This document shows, piece by piece, positions 12,501-24,500 of a DNA stretch of 64,000 bases. Source of the DNA: Lama glama (taxonomy: Eukaryota). The position numbers and the translations under genes were made by a program. Position 1 is the stretch's first letter. Every line of letters begins with the position of its first letter. The notes below the pieces were generated by a model. That model was not told the DNA's origin and did not search any database. It saw only the letters and a list, made by a program, of their open reading frames with translations. Where the stretch lies: NCBI GenBank assembly GCA_028534125.1, contig CM052841.1, forward strand, positions 61,628,001-61,692,000, given 5' to 3'.

Positions 12501-15500
12501 AGAAACGGAGGCCCAGGAAGAAGAGCTTGCCCAGGCCCCAGAACTGGGGCTTCTGACACCCTCTGCACTGAGTCGTGCCTCCTCCCTTGCAGCAGAGGGG
12601 AGAGAAAAGAAGCAGGTCGTGGTGATCTTAAGAGTCAGAATGCACGTTTGAGGCAGGAGGAAGCATGGCTGAAGTGCCAGAGGGTTAAGGTAGGAAAGAA
12701 CCATAGACACGGTTCAGATCCTGGCAGTGGCACCTACTAGCTGAGGGACTAGAGCATCTTCACCTCTGTGAGCCTCACTTTCCTCATCTGTAAAATGGGA
12801 GCAGTACCTTCTACTTTCCAGGGTTGATGTGAGAGTGAAATGAAAAAGCTCTGTGAGCCGGAGCACGTGGTATGAATAGGAGGCATTTCAATAGAAAGAG
12901 TGGAGACATCAATCTACAGAGCTTCTCAAAGGGTATGAAGAGATAAGGGGAGGTGGGGAGGACCCCAGCGCTTTACTGAGTTTACAGAGAGCCATGACTT
13001 GAGAAAGTTTCTTCATAGCGTCAGTGTCCAGCCTGCCCACTACCATTGCCCGTTATCATTGCAGGTTAATTTCGTTGCAGCTATTGATGTGTACGAAGAC
13101 GGAGAGGCCGGTCTGCTCCTGTGTTACAACTGTAAGTAAAGGATGTGTTTTTATCTTTATTTGCTAAAATAGACCTTTTTTTGCATACAATTTACAGGGA
13201 CTTAACTCTAGATTCACCTGATGTATCGTTCCTATGTCTTTAACTGCACTCCAGTGAGCATCTCAAACTTGCATTCCTACCTGGCTCTCCCAATACGCCA
13301 GCCCTCCAGGTGGTACAAAAGCTGCTGCCTGGAGGTGTCTCAAGATGTGGGGGTGATCATGGTGGCTTCCATCTAGGGAGCCCTCATTGTGTGCCACGTG
13401 CTGTGGTCCGCGTGCCCCGGTGGTTGTTCCACTTACTTCTCAGCTTCTGTTATACTGTCTGGAGTCTGGAGATAAGGCAGCTGAGGCTTGGAGCAGTGAG
13501 CTGCCTTTCTTAAGGTTGTGCAGCTGCAAACAGCAGGTTTGGGTCAGATGGCAGGGTGGGTTTCGGGCAGACCAGAGATACCAAAGAGGGTCTTTAAGGA
13601 TTTTCAGCATTTCAGAAGCTAATATGAAACTACAATAGAAAGGATCTTTTTTAAGGCTAACAGGTAGTAATATGTTTTCCTGGGTGAGGCTGCCCAACTA
13701 AAATAATAAAAAAAATTTTTTCAGCCTAGAATTGTATTGGTTTAGGTTGGTGATGCTGGTTACATCACAGGGGGCAGATGTTTTACTTAGTTAATCTTTG
13801 ATTAGTGAGTATGGTAATTTTCAGGAGAGAAAATTGTTTGATAAATATCCTCTTTTAAAATTCGAGACTTATGAGGAATACGTTAGGAGGAGGTAGTCAC
13901 AAGGAAAGAACTTCAACTATAAATCACCCTTTTAGGATATTTTATCCACAGATCTATCTAAACCCTCCTTGATACAATACATCTTTAATAGCCCATTTGA
14001 TGAGAAGGGCCACACATAAGGGGACAGGAACAGGCCACGTGGCCGTGCCCCAGCATGGATCCTGCGTCCAGTACTCAGATGGCCAGGCCACTGCTGCTGC
14101 TGTCACCCCCTGTCCCAGGTTTACAGGGACAAGCAGAGCAGGAAGCACATGTGTGAAGTCACTTCTATATGATGTTAATCTCTTTAAAGTTTGGTCTTTT
14201 TACTTTATTGAAAAACCAATGAGAAAAGCTTACGGCTTTAAAAATTGATGTAGATTTTTTTTCCTTCCAACTGTTTGAAAGAATGAGGGCAATTTTAGGT
14301 AGGAAAGAAGTTAAGGACAGAAAGAGAGCAGGTTTTTAGAATGTGATGGTGAATCCCAAAATGAAAAGGGAGCGTGGAAACAATGTGAACGACAAGCTCC
14401 CTACACGAATCTGAAGCTGATGGACAGTAGCAGGTAGTGCTCCTGCAGGCGGGCAGGCAGGCGGGAGCGGTCCAGCACCGGGCCAGGTGCGGTTCCAGCG
14501 GCCTTTGTCTCCTGGAGCCCCTTGGGAAGCCCCTTCTCCCCTGACTCTGATCATTTCCTGGTTGGAGATTCTGGCTTCATCTCAGGGTTGGCATCAGTGT
14601 GGGTCTGGCCTTGGCGATCCTGGAGGTCCCCAGACCCACCTCAGTCTCCCAAAACCATGCCACTTCATCTGTTTCTTTGCGTCAGAAATGTGGCTTTCAG
14701 TTTCCATCTCCTGCCTCCTCCCAGCAGGTTGGCAGATACCTGGGAACAACCCCAGGAGAACCAGTTGGTTTTCCCCAGCTACCCAGGTCACTTCTGTGAC
14801 TCTTCCCACACACAGTGCACACTCGCTTGCTTGTTTTGGTCCATGTTCTTGTCTTGGTCACAGACGCCTGTATGGTAAAGGCCTTTCCGACCAGATGCTG
14901 TAAAATGATTTCATTCCCTGAAAATTTGAAACTGATTTTTATAAGTCTGCTCCTTTCTATTAAAAAGCAAAACAACATTTAAAAATAGCCCAGAATTTTC
15001 TGTAGAGAAATTTTTATCTCAGATAAGTTAAAGAGCTTTCTACATGCAGAAAGGGACTTTTCTTCAGAGAAATTTGTTTTAAAATTAGAAATATTATCTG
15101 TACACTATTCTCCACCAGCTGGATGGGAAAGGTCAAAGGAGGGAGGGTCAGGGACTTTGAGCCACTTTCTGTGCAGTGACTTTCTTAGAATCCTGCCCCC
15201 GCGTCAGCCCCGTTCAGGTGGCCCTTTTAAACCACAAGAACGGCCTTCTCTGTGCCAGCCCTGTGCTGGGCTCCAGGCTCTGGAGACACAAGAGTGAACA
15301 GGGATGCAGTGAGCTCACATTTCCAGGCGAGCCAGGCATGGGCGCCAGCTCATGGAGTGTGAATGGCCTTCACAGCTCTGGGGTTTGAGAAAAACACTTC
15401 AATTACTTTTCTGAATCAGTTCAGTCCAATTTGGAGGTCCCTCCCCACAGGTGCAGAGACCACCAGCGTTACTTACTGGGAGGGAGAGCCCTCTGCTCCC

Positions 15501-18500
15501 CTGGAAAGCGGGGAAGGGGCCTCTGAGCTGCAGGCTGGTCGCCTCCTCCAGGCTCAGGTGGCAGCTCCACTCTGAGGCAGGCTGAGGCTGGGTCTGGCCT
15601 CCCCAGACACGATACAGCCACCTGACCCATCCAGGATGCTCCGTGCTCAGGGTCCCTGGTCTCCTCCAGCCCAACCCCCTCAAACCCTCCAGCAGTTTGC
15701 TCTCCCCTGGTGGGGGCTGGGGTGGGACGGGGCAGTGCAGAGGGGATGTGTGTGAGGGACCTGAGCCTTTAGAAACACAAGGCTGCTGTGTCCTCCCTGA
15801 GTCATTCATTCATTCAGCAAGTATTTACCAGGCATCTCCCACACCTAAAGTTTTCAGCAGTGAATAAAATACATACAAATCCAGCCATGGGGGAGTTCAC
15901 ATTTGAAAGAGAGCAGGTAGCCAATTAACAAGACAAATAAGAAAGGCAGTATGTGAAATGGTGGTGAGTGCTGAGGAGAAATAGTGCAGGGAAGCAGGGA
16001 CAAGGGGCTGGATCAGGCAGCAGCGGGGACTGCCTGTCACCCTTTACAGCAAGTGGGAAAGGAGGACCTTGCTGGAAGAGGAGAGCAGAGAGAAGACCCA
16101 GAGGGTGTCCCAGAGCGGGACCAGAAGATACCAGGGCGGGTATTCCAGGCAGGGGCAAGAGCAGTGTAAAGACCTTGAGGAGGGAACATTCCAGGGTGTT
16201 CCAGGTGACCCCAAGATGACCCCTGATCACAGCAGAGTGAGTGAGGGTGAGAGTGGATGAAAATGACAGCAGCAGAGAGGACCAGACTCAGGCAGGCCTG
16301 TGGGCAAAAGGCCTCTGCATTGCACTCTGGTGATCAAAGGTGACAGGATCTGACTTAGGTGTGGGAGGACCACCTGGCCGCTGTGTGCAGACTGAACTGA
16401 AGTGGGGAAGTGCTGGGAGACTGTGCTCAGCTGATGAAGATGATGTGGCTTGGACCAGAATGACAGTAGTGGAGGTCCAGATCCTAGAGGTACTTTACAT
16501 GTGAGAACCAAGATGACTGGTCTAGGAGGGGACGAGGAAAGGGCAGAAGCAGCTGGAAGACTGGAAAATATCATTTCCTGAGACGAGGGAACCTTTAAGA
16601 AGAGCAAGTTTGGGGGGAAATTTCAAGAATTCAGTTATGACATGTCCACACCTCCAAGATATCCCAGTGGAGACAGTGATGATCACTTGGTTTGAGGCGG
16701 GAGCTAGAGATACTCACTGCGGGTGGTGAGCATATGAGTGATGTTATCTAAGGGGGTTGCCAGCCTGGAAGTGGGGAGAGAGCCAGGAGGAACCAGCAAA
16801 GGAGACGGGAGCAGCCGGAGAGAGGAAAGCAGGCAGTGCTGAAGAGGCGAGTGACCCGCTCTGCCATTTGCCTCAGATAGAGAGAGATGGGTCTGAGGAT
16901 GTGCTTGGGTTCACAAGGTCCTTAGGAAAGCTTGACAAGGGCAGCTGTGTTTGGCGAAGCAGTGGGGGCAGAAGCCTGACTGCACGAGTCAGGAGAGAGT
17001 GGGAAAGAGGAAGTAGAGACGGGAGTCCAGACAAGTCTTTCAGAGAATTTTGCTTTAAGGGAAAAAGAGTGAGGAAGGGTGTAACAGCTGGAGGGGAAGA
17101 GAGGTCCCAGGATTTTGTTTTCTAAAACAAAATGTGTAAGGCAGTAGGAAAAGCTCCGATGGGGAAGGGGAAACAGGCGGTGCAGTACAGAGAGACCTGT
17201 CACAGCAAGTCCCTGAGGGGCCAAAGCCGTGGGCCAGAGTGGGAAGAGGGTGAGCTGCCCCTCAGAGCATCCAGGAGGCGGTGCATGGGGACCGGGGGTG
17301 CAGGCTGGGAGATCCAGGTGTCCCTCCTGAGCGTTTGTTTTCTCAGGGAGCAAGGTCTTCAGCTGCAAGTGAGAATGCTTTTCCTCCCCTAGTGAATCCA
17401 GTGTAGCAAAAACGGAACAATACCGACCCTGGTTAGTTTTCTTTCCCAGTAACTCTCTCTGTTAGATCAACAATGATAAGACAGTATAAAGTGACTGCTT
17501 AACCAGGCACAGAGGTCACAGCAAAGGAGTCCCTAAGCCCTGATGGGGCAGGAGCTTTAGAGGTGGCCTCCTGTCGCTGCGGCCATCCCCAGCCTGGCCC
17601 CGCATCGCAGGCCTTGGCAGCAGCTCTGGCCCCACAACCTCTCCCCTCTCACACAGGGGCTGCACCTTTCAATTCCAACACTAGGAATGGGGAAGCTGCT
17701 TCATGGGTGTGACATTGGTTATTAGGATGATGAAATGTTACAAAATCAGATTGTGATGATGCTGTACGACTCTATAAACATACCACAAGTCATTGAATTG
17801 AATGCTTAAAATGGATGAATTTTATGGTATATAAACTATATCTCAGTAAAACTGTTTTTAAAAAATAATTTAAAAATAAAATTGGCTAAAATATGATGGG
17901 CTTCTGGAATAAAAGGAGCCTTTGTCTCTGCATCACTTTCTCACACTAAGTGGGTCTGAACTACCAGGACTTGTGTTTGGAGCTCAGGGCAGGCCAGGAA
18001 CAGGGTAACCGAATGAACGTGGCCTTAATCTAGTGCTGGCTCCGGTTCACCGAGGAGATACAGGCATATGGCTTCAAGTTTCATAATAAAATACTGGGCT
18101 GGGGGAGTGTACCGCTCCCAGCACACAGGACCTGCTGAGTGAGGCTCAGAGTGTGACCCTCCTTGTAGGAGGGCTTCCTCCATCCTAGGGCTGCAAACAG
18201 GAGCCCCTTCTTCCCTGTAGTCAAGCCCGCTCCATTCTCCCCATGGGGGACTTGTGAAACTTTGCACCTCTTTGCCTCAATTTTCTCATCTGTAAAATGA
18301 GCGTAATAAGAGCATCCACTTCATCAGGCTGTACAGATTAAACGGGAGACTGTTTTAAAGCTCAGTGCCTGGCACATAGTAAATTCTCCAAAAATGGCAG
18401 CTATGATGATTCGTTACAGTAATATTAATCTGGCTCAGGCTGCCTCCTGACCCTGAGAATCTGGCATCGTGGCAATATTCACACTGGCTTTTGTAAAGAA

Positions 18501-21500
18501 CGAGCACATAGGATGCTATTCTTGTTACCTGTTTCTCATTTATCTAATGACGGTGACCTGAGTGTCGTCTCTAACAAAAATGAGTTGCTGTTGTTTCCTT
18601 GCAGACAGTTGCATCTATAAAAAGGTTTGCCCGTTTAATGGTGGCTCTTTTTTGGTTCAACCCTCTGCGTCAGATTTCCAGTTCTGTTGGAACCAGGCTC
18701 CCTATGCGATCGGTAAGGACACCCTTTGTCATCATGCTCTTCCCCCAAATAGATGCATCTGAACTGTCAATCCTATGTGAGCAGACTCGCAGGCTTACTG
18801 CTAACTTGCCATGAATGATGTGAGTGCAGTGAGTATTCAGAGTCTTCTTGTTTTTCATTTTGTTCCCCTTTGGGGACTTTTGTCCTCTGCTGCTTCTCCC
18901 AGTTCTCAGTGCCTGAGCATGGAAGCATTTGAGAGTAATTAAATACCAATTTTCAGTACTTGGGTATCTTTCAGTACCCTTTCATTTCTAGGCCTTGCTT
19001 TCCTTTTTCTAAAATTTGAGAGCAAGATCTCCAGCCTTGAAACACTGACTGACTTGGGAAAGAAGCACAATGCATTCAGCATCCTTCTTATATATTTTGA
19101 AGCTTGAAAGTCTAGAATCACAGAAACCCAGGTGCTTCACCTGCCACTGAAAACGTCAGGACGTGAGTCGTAGTGCTTCCTTTCTGTGGTACGAGATCCA
19201 CAGCTGGGCATCTTCCCCACAAGTCAGATCAGAGCCAAGAATGTTAGTACTTTTCCTCAAAGTAAAAGCATGTGTTGATAGGTAAACATAGTTTTGAGAG
19301 AGAGCAGAGGAAAGGATCCAGATACTGGGAGGACCAGTCTAGCTTTGATGCAGATTAGATATAGTTTAAAAAAAAAAAAGGAGGGAAGTGTTGGAAACGG
19401 CTCTCAGGTCTGAGCAATGTTGGAGGCCTGCTTGAGAGATCAAGGCTAGAGGTGTGGGTGTGCTAGGAAGAGCCCTGGGTTGAAGCCAAGAGAGTGATGA
19501 GTCCGCCAAGGAGAGAATGCAGAGGGAACGGGCCAGCATGAAGGAGAGAGAGTGTGGAGTGACCAGCAAGAAAGACAAGGGGGGATCACAGGGCAACCAG
19601 GTCAGCTGTGGTACCTGGAAGTCAGTGTGTCATAAAAAGATCTCAAGAGGGGCCGGCTTTTAATAAATAATTCAGCAAACCCATTGAACCCAAGGGACAC
19701 TATGAGGGACAGTGAGGAAAAGGATGCAGCCCTTGCCCAGACACAGGAGGCTCATAGGAGAGGGTGACTCGGCCCCAGGGATGGAGGAATGAGTAAAGGC
19801 CAGGCTTCCAGGCAAAAAGCAAAAGGAGAGGGCATGTCAAGCTGCAGCCTGGACGATGCAGGGAAGGTCTCCAGGGCCTGGGTCGAGCAGCCCCAGAAGA
19901 TGGGGTGGGGGATCCCAGCAAGAGAAGAGTGCAGGGAGAAGTTAATACAGTGCACCCCTCCTGAGCGGAAGTCTGGTGACCAAGGGAGGCTCTCTTAGAA
20001 ATGGGGGGCGTGCCCCCATGCAGGAAGGAAGAGGCAGCCAGAGGAAGGGAGGGATGGGAACTGCAGGAGAGGCGAGGGGTGTGTGAGAGGGTCAGGGCAC
20101 CTCCAAGGCCACAAGCCCGGGCTGGGAGTTGACCCTTCATTGCCTTGCAGTCTGTGCGTTCCCGTACCTCCTGGCCTTCACCCCTGACTCCATGGAGATC
20201 CGCCTGGTGGTGAATGGGAACCTGGTCCACACAGCCGTTGTGCCTCAGCTGCAGCTCGTGGCCTCCAGGGTGAGTAGAGCTGGGATTTTATTTCTGTCTG
20301 AGGGGCTTTGGGCACCCCCAGCACCCAGAGGTTTTGGGGAGGCCCAACACCCTCATCAGGGGAGGCTGACGGTGACACCACCACGTGGGTATCGACACAC
20401 CAGCGTGAGATGAGAAAGCGGAAAACAGACTTGTTGTTTGGATTTTCCTGTGCAGAACCCTTGGGCTTCAAAACACCCCTCCTTGGTGTCAGGAGGGTCC
20501 TTGGTGCTGGTGGCAGTTGGGGAGCACTCAGCTGAAAAGAGAGATCCCCTGTCAGAGTCCAGGTCACTGCCGCCCTGAAGGATAGTCCATCTAAAAAAGC
20601 AAGAGTTTGCAATATCGCTTTCTTCCTTGGCCGCTTTCGGTCCTCAGTTTGAATTTGTGTCCATGAATATGACTGGCTAATTCACGTCTAGTAACAGAGT
20701 GTGAGCAAAACCGAGGGATGGAGGAACGAAGCTGACTTCCAAGGTGTCTTCTATTGCTGGTGAAAAGTCCAGCAGGGCTTATTCTGTCCCCTCCCCTCGG
20801 TCAGCCCCACACAGTCTCCCAGTCCCCTGCCAGTCTGGCCGGTGCCCCTGCCGCGCTGGGGCACTTTCTCCATCCTGATGTGCGTCACATTTGGTAGTGG
20901 GCGACTGTGGACTTTCCCCACTGCGCTGACCGTTCTGTGACAGCGGGGGTTGAGCCGTCTTATCCACTAACACAGCGTCAGTGGGGTGCTGGTAAGCGTT
21001 CAACCAGCAGCCCTCTGGAAGGTGGGTGTGTGTGTACACATATATACGTATGTACATTGTTTATAAATTATACTGATATAAAAATGTAAATAGCTTACAA
21101 TTTACAAGTAATAATAAAATATACAATGCTTTTATCTTATAGCCCATTTAGCCAGTTGGCTCTCACAAAATGCTTTTAATTTTTGCTGAACTGCGTTATC
21201 TCTAGCCAGCCTAGGGTTGCAGTTCAGCCTTGATTTTACAGTTGGAGTGACAGCTCAAGCCATTCATTCTTTTTCCAGGTTTGTCGTCATTAAATCTGAA
21301 ATGTGATCTGTTAAACTATTTTTCACCCTTGTACAAATCATAGTCATTAAACCAAAACTTCTTTCAATCTCAGCACTAGATGCAACACACTTTTAATCTT
21401 CATCTTCATGATTAACATTCTCTCCATCACTTTAAGTCTAGACAGTCAACAAAACAACAAATCAAGCTCTGATTTGCAGCATTTGCCGATTTTTCGTGGT

Positions 21501-24500
21501 GTAAATAGTCCCACTGTGACTGAGCGCAGGCTTCCTGGTGACACCACGGAACACAGAGTTGGGGAGCAACACTCAGGAGCCCCTCTTACACAGTATCCCC
21601 ACCATTCAGACACTGTTCATGGAAATCACAAGAGCAGAGATAACAGTGAATGTAGTAAAGTAACTAGGAATGGTTGAATTTTGATATTTAGTACCTTTGT
21701 TTTTAATATAATTTGAGTTTAATAACGGCTGTGTTTTGCAGCCGGCTTGCAAAACACCTGTAGCTCAGTGCTCCTGCTTCAGCACCAGCCGCTCCAGCAC
21801 GCGCTGCCGCTGCCCCAAAGCCAGCACGTCCTGGGTGTGCTTAAGTATTTGCACATATGAGTGAGTGAAGGACCCATTTCCCCCCAGTGAAATGGACTGG
21901 ACCGAATCCCAAACCCTTTCCAGCTCTAGCCCCCAGGTGCCTGAGATCCCTGCGAAGTGTGTTGTGTTTGTGTTTTGCAGGTGTGTGGGAAACTGACTCT
22001 TTCGTTTTGTGTAGCAACAAATAGATAAGAAGGGGAGGTACAGAATAGTCGGGAGAGGTCCACGCCTGTGCTAGAAGCCGCCTCCCCAAGCCGGTTGCTG
22101 CACCGCAGGCCCCGAGGATGTCGCAGCTGAGCGGGAGGGACAGTTGGAGGCTTTGCAATGATGACAGAAGCCCGTGGGCACCAGGCTTGTAACCCAGGCA
22201 GCTCAGTAATGCTTTTCCTCTTTCTTTCTAGTCGGATATATACTTCACAGCAACCGCATCTGTGAATGAGGTCTCGTCTGGAGGCAGCTCTAAGGGAGCC
22301 AGTGCCCACAATTCTCCTCAGACACCCCCGGGCCGAGATACTCCAGTGTTTCCTTCTTCCCCGGGGGAAGGTGAAGTCCAATTTTTACTGTCTTATTGGT
22401 AGATAATTTTGATCCATTCTGATTTCTCTAGTTAATTGTCAAATATTGACAGGTGATAACTGCCTAAGGAAGTCACTATTTGAAGCCATAAAAAAATTTG
22501 CAGTCTGGTTGCATCCTTAAGAAACCTTATGATAAAAAAAAATTTTTAATAAAAAGAAACCTTGTGAAATCCATTCCCCAACAAAACAATCCCATTTTGA
22601 AAACAACTGTTTCAGTGGGGAGAAGGGAGTCAGGGGCTGGAGAGATTCTGACTTATCACGGCAAGTTATTTTTCCTTCAGGGATGTTAGTGATCTAGTGG
22701 GTTTTTACAACTAGAAGGATACAGTCATAAAACCCACACATTACTCAGCACATGCAGCTTTCACTCTGTCAGGCCTTTGCTGTGGTTACTGCCTTGCGCT
22801 TCTCCTGACTTCTCACCACATGAGTCATCTTCATGGCTCATTCTTAGGAGAGCGCGGAGCCCCCAAGCAGGACAGCTGTGCTTTTCTTGTCGACTTCTTC
22901 CTCCTGTGCACAAGCAGCCAGGAGTGGGCGCATTTTATCCCATTTACACAATGCCCTGAGAAAACCGGGTCCCCTTAGAAAATCGAGCCGTGGGCACCAT
23001 CACTTTTTTGCCCCAACGAGACCTGGGAGGTCAGCCTGCGACATCAAGACTTCCTTTATGCTAATTACGTTGAGAAACCAGAAATTACCGTCGTGTAAAT
23101 AACATGAACTTTTCTTGAAGTTCTGATGTTCTTTTCAAAATCTTATTTCAGGTGAAATTCCGTCCAAAAATCTGTACAAGATTCCACTTAGAAACCTTGT
23201 GGGCAGAAGCATCGAGCGACCCCTGAAATCCCCCTTGGTCTCCAAGGTCATCACCCCGCCCACTTCCATCGGCATTGGCATTGCTGCCATTCCTGTCACT
23301 CACTCCTTGTCCCTGTCCCGCATGGAGATCAAAGAAATCGCAAGCAGGACCCGCAGGGAGCTGCTGGGTAATGGCTCTCGATTCTTGTGTTTTCACTGTT
23401 TGTAAGGATACCTGCTTGTTTCTTCCTTCAGATGCTAATTATCCTCAAAAACAATGGGCTCAAAAAGAAACTTGCCCTTTCATAAGGGATTTATAAACAA
23501 ATCATAGCACACCTACACCAAGAAATACTACGCAGTCTACCCACCGATAGTGGTGTGTCAAGCTATATTTACTGGCGTGGAAAGTGCCCAAACCATGTTA
23601 AGGGGGGAAAGGGCAGTTTGTAAGCCAGTATGTCTAGTCTGATATGATTTTTTTGTTAATATAAGTATCTATATATGTATGATTTCCTAGAAAAGTGTCT
23701 AGGAGGGTTTATACCATTGCAATTCTCAGATAACATTTTATATTTGTACATCCCAAAGTCTAAATTCACATGGGGTGGAGTCTTTTGCATTTGGTTTTTT
23801 TGCGTATTTGTAGTACAGTTCAGTTACGCCTCCCAAAGGCCCTGGACAGTGGGGCAAGTCTACAGGGCGGTAGAGGTGAAAGGTCTTTGCTGTGCCCTTA
23901 TCTGTCAATTTACAGCTAGGAGACCAGAACAGAGTGGCATAAAGCACCAGGATAATTGCGAAAAGGCTGGACTGTTTTAAGATTTTTGTTTGGAACTGTG
24001 AAAACAAAAGGAGAAAAAATGGAAGTATTATGTCAAACCAGTAAGAACTGGTTTGAAATCTTGCATCAGGATCTACATGGCATAAAACGGCAAGGACAGT
24101 CGGCCTTGTCACATGCCTGCTCTGCAGTAATGTTTCCTGACCAACTGGAGAAGGGGATTCAGGCCACCAGACTGGGCAGGCCTTGACACTGGCAAAGTTA
24201 GTTTGTGTTAGAAGTTGGTGCCTTCCACTGTGCTTTTAAAACAAGTACTGCCATTTTTAACCTGCTATTCCCTATGAAAGCTTGATCTGCCAACTACTGT
24301 TTTGCAAACCACTGTGCTTTTCAGAAATCGAACCTCTGAGTTGGAGGATTACAGTTTCCAGTGGTAGGACTCTAGATTTTCTCCCCTTCATTAGACTCTT
24401 TTGAGTCTTTTTTTTTTTTTTTGCAATACATATATTCATTCTAATCAGAAAAAAAGAACTACCAACAAGACAAGAAAACCAATTAAATTTTTAAGAATAT

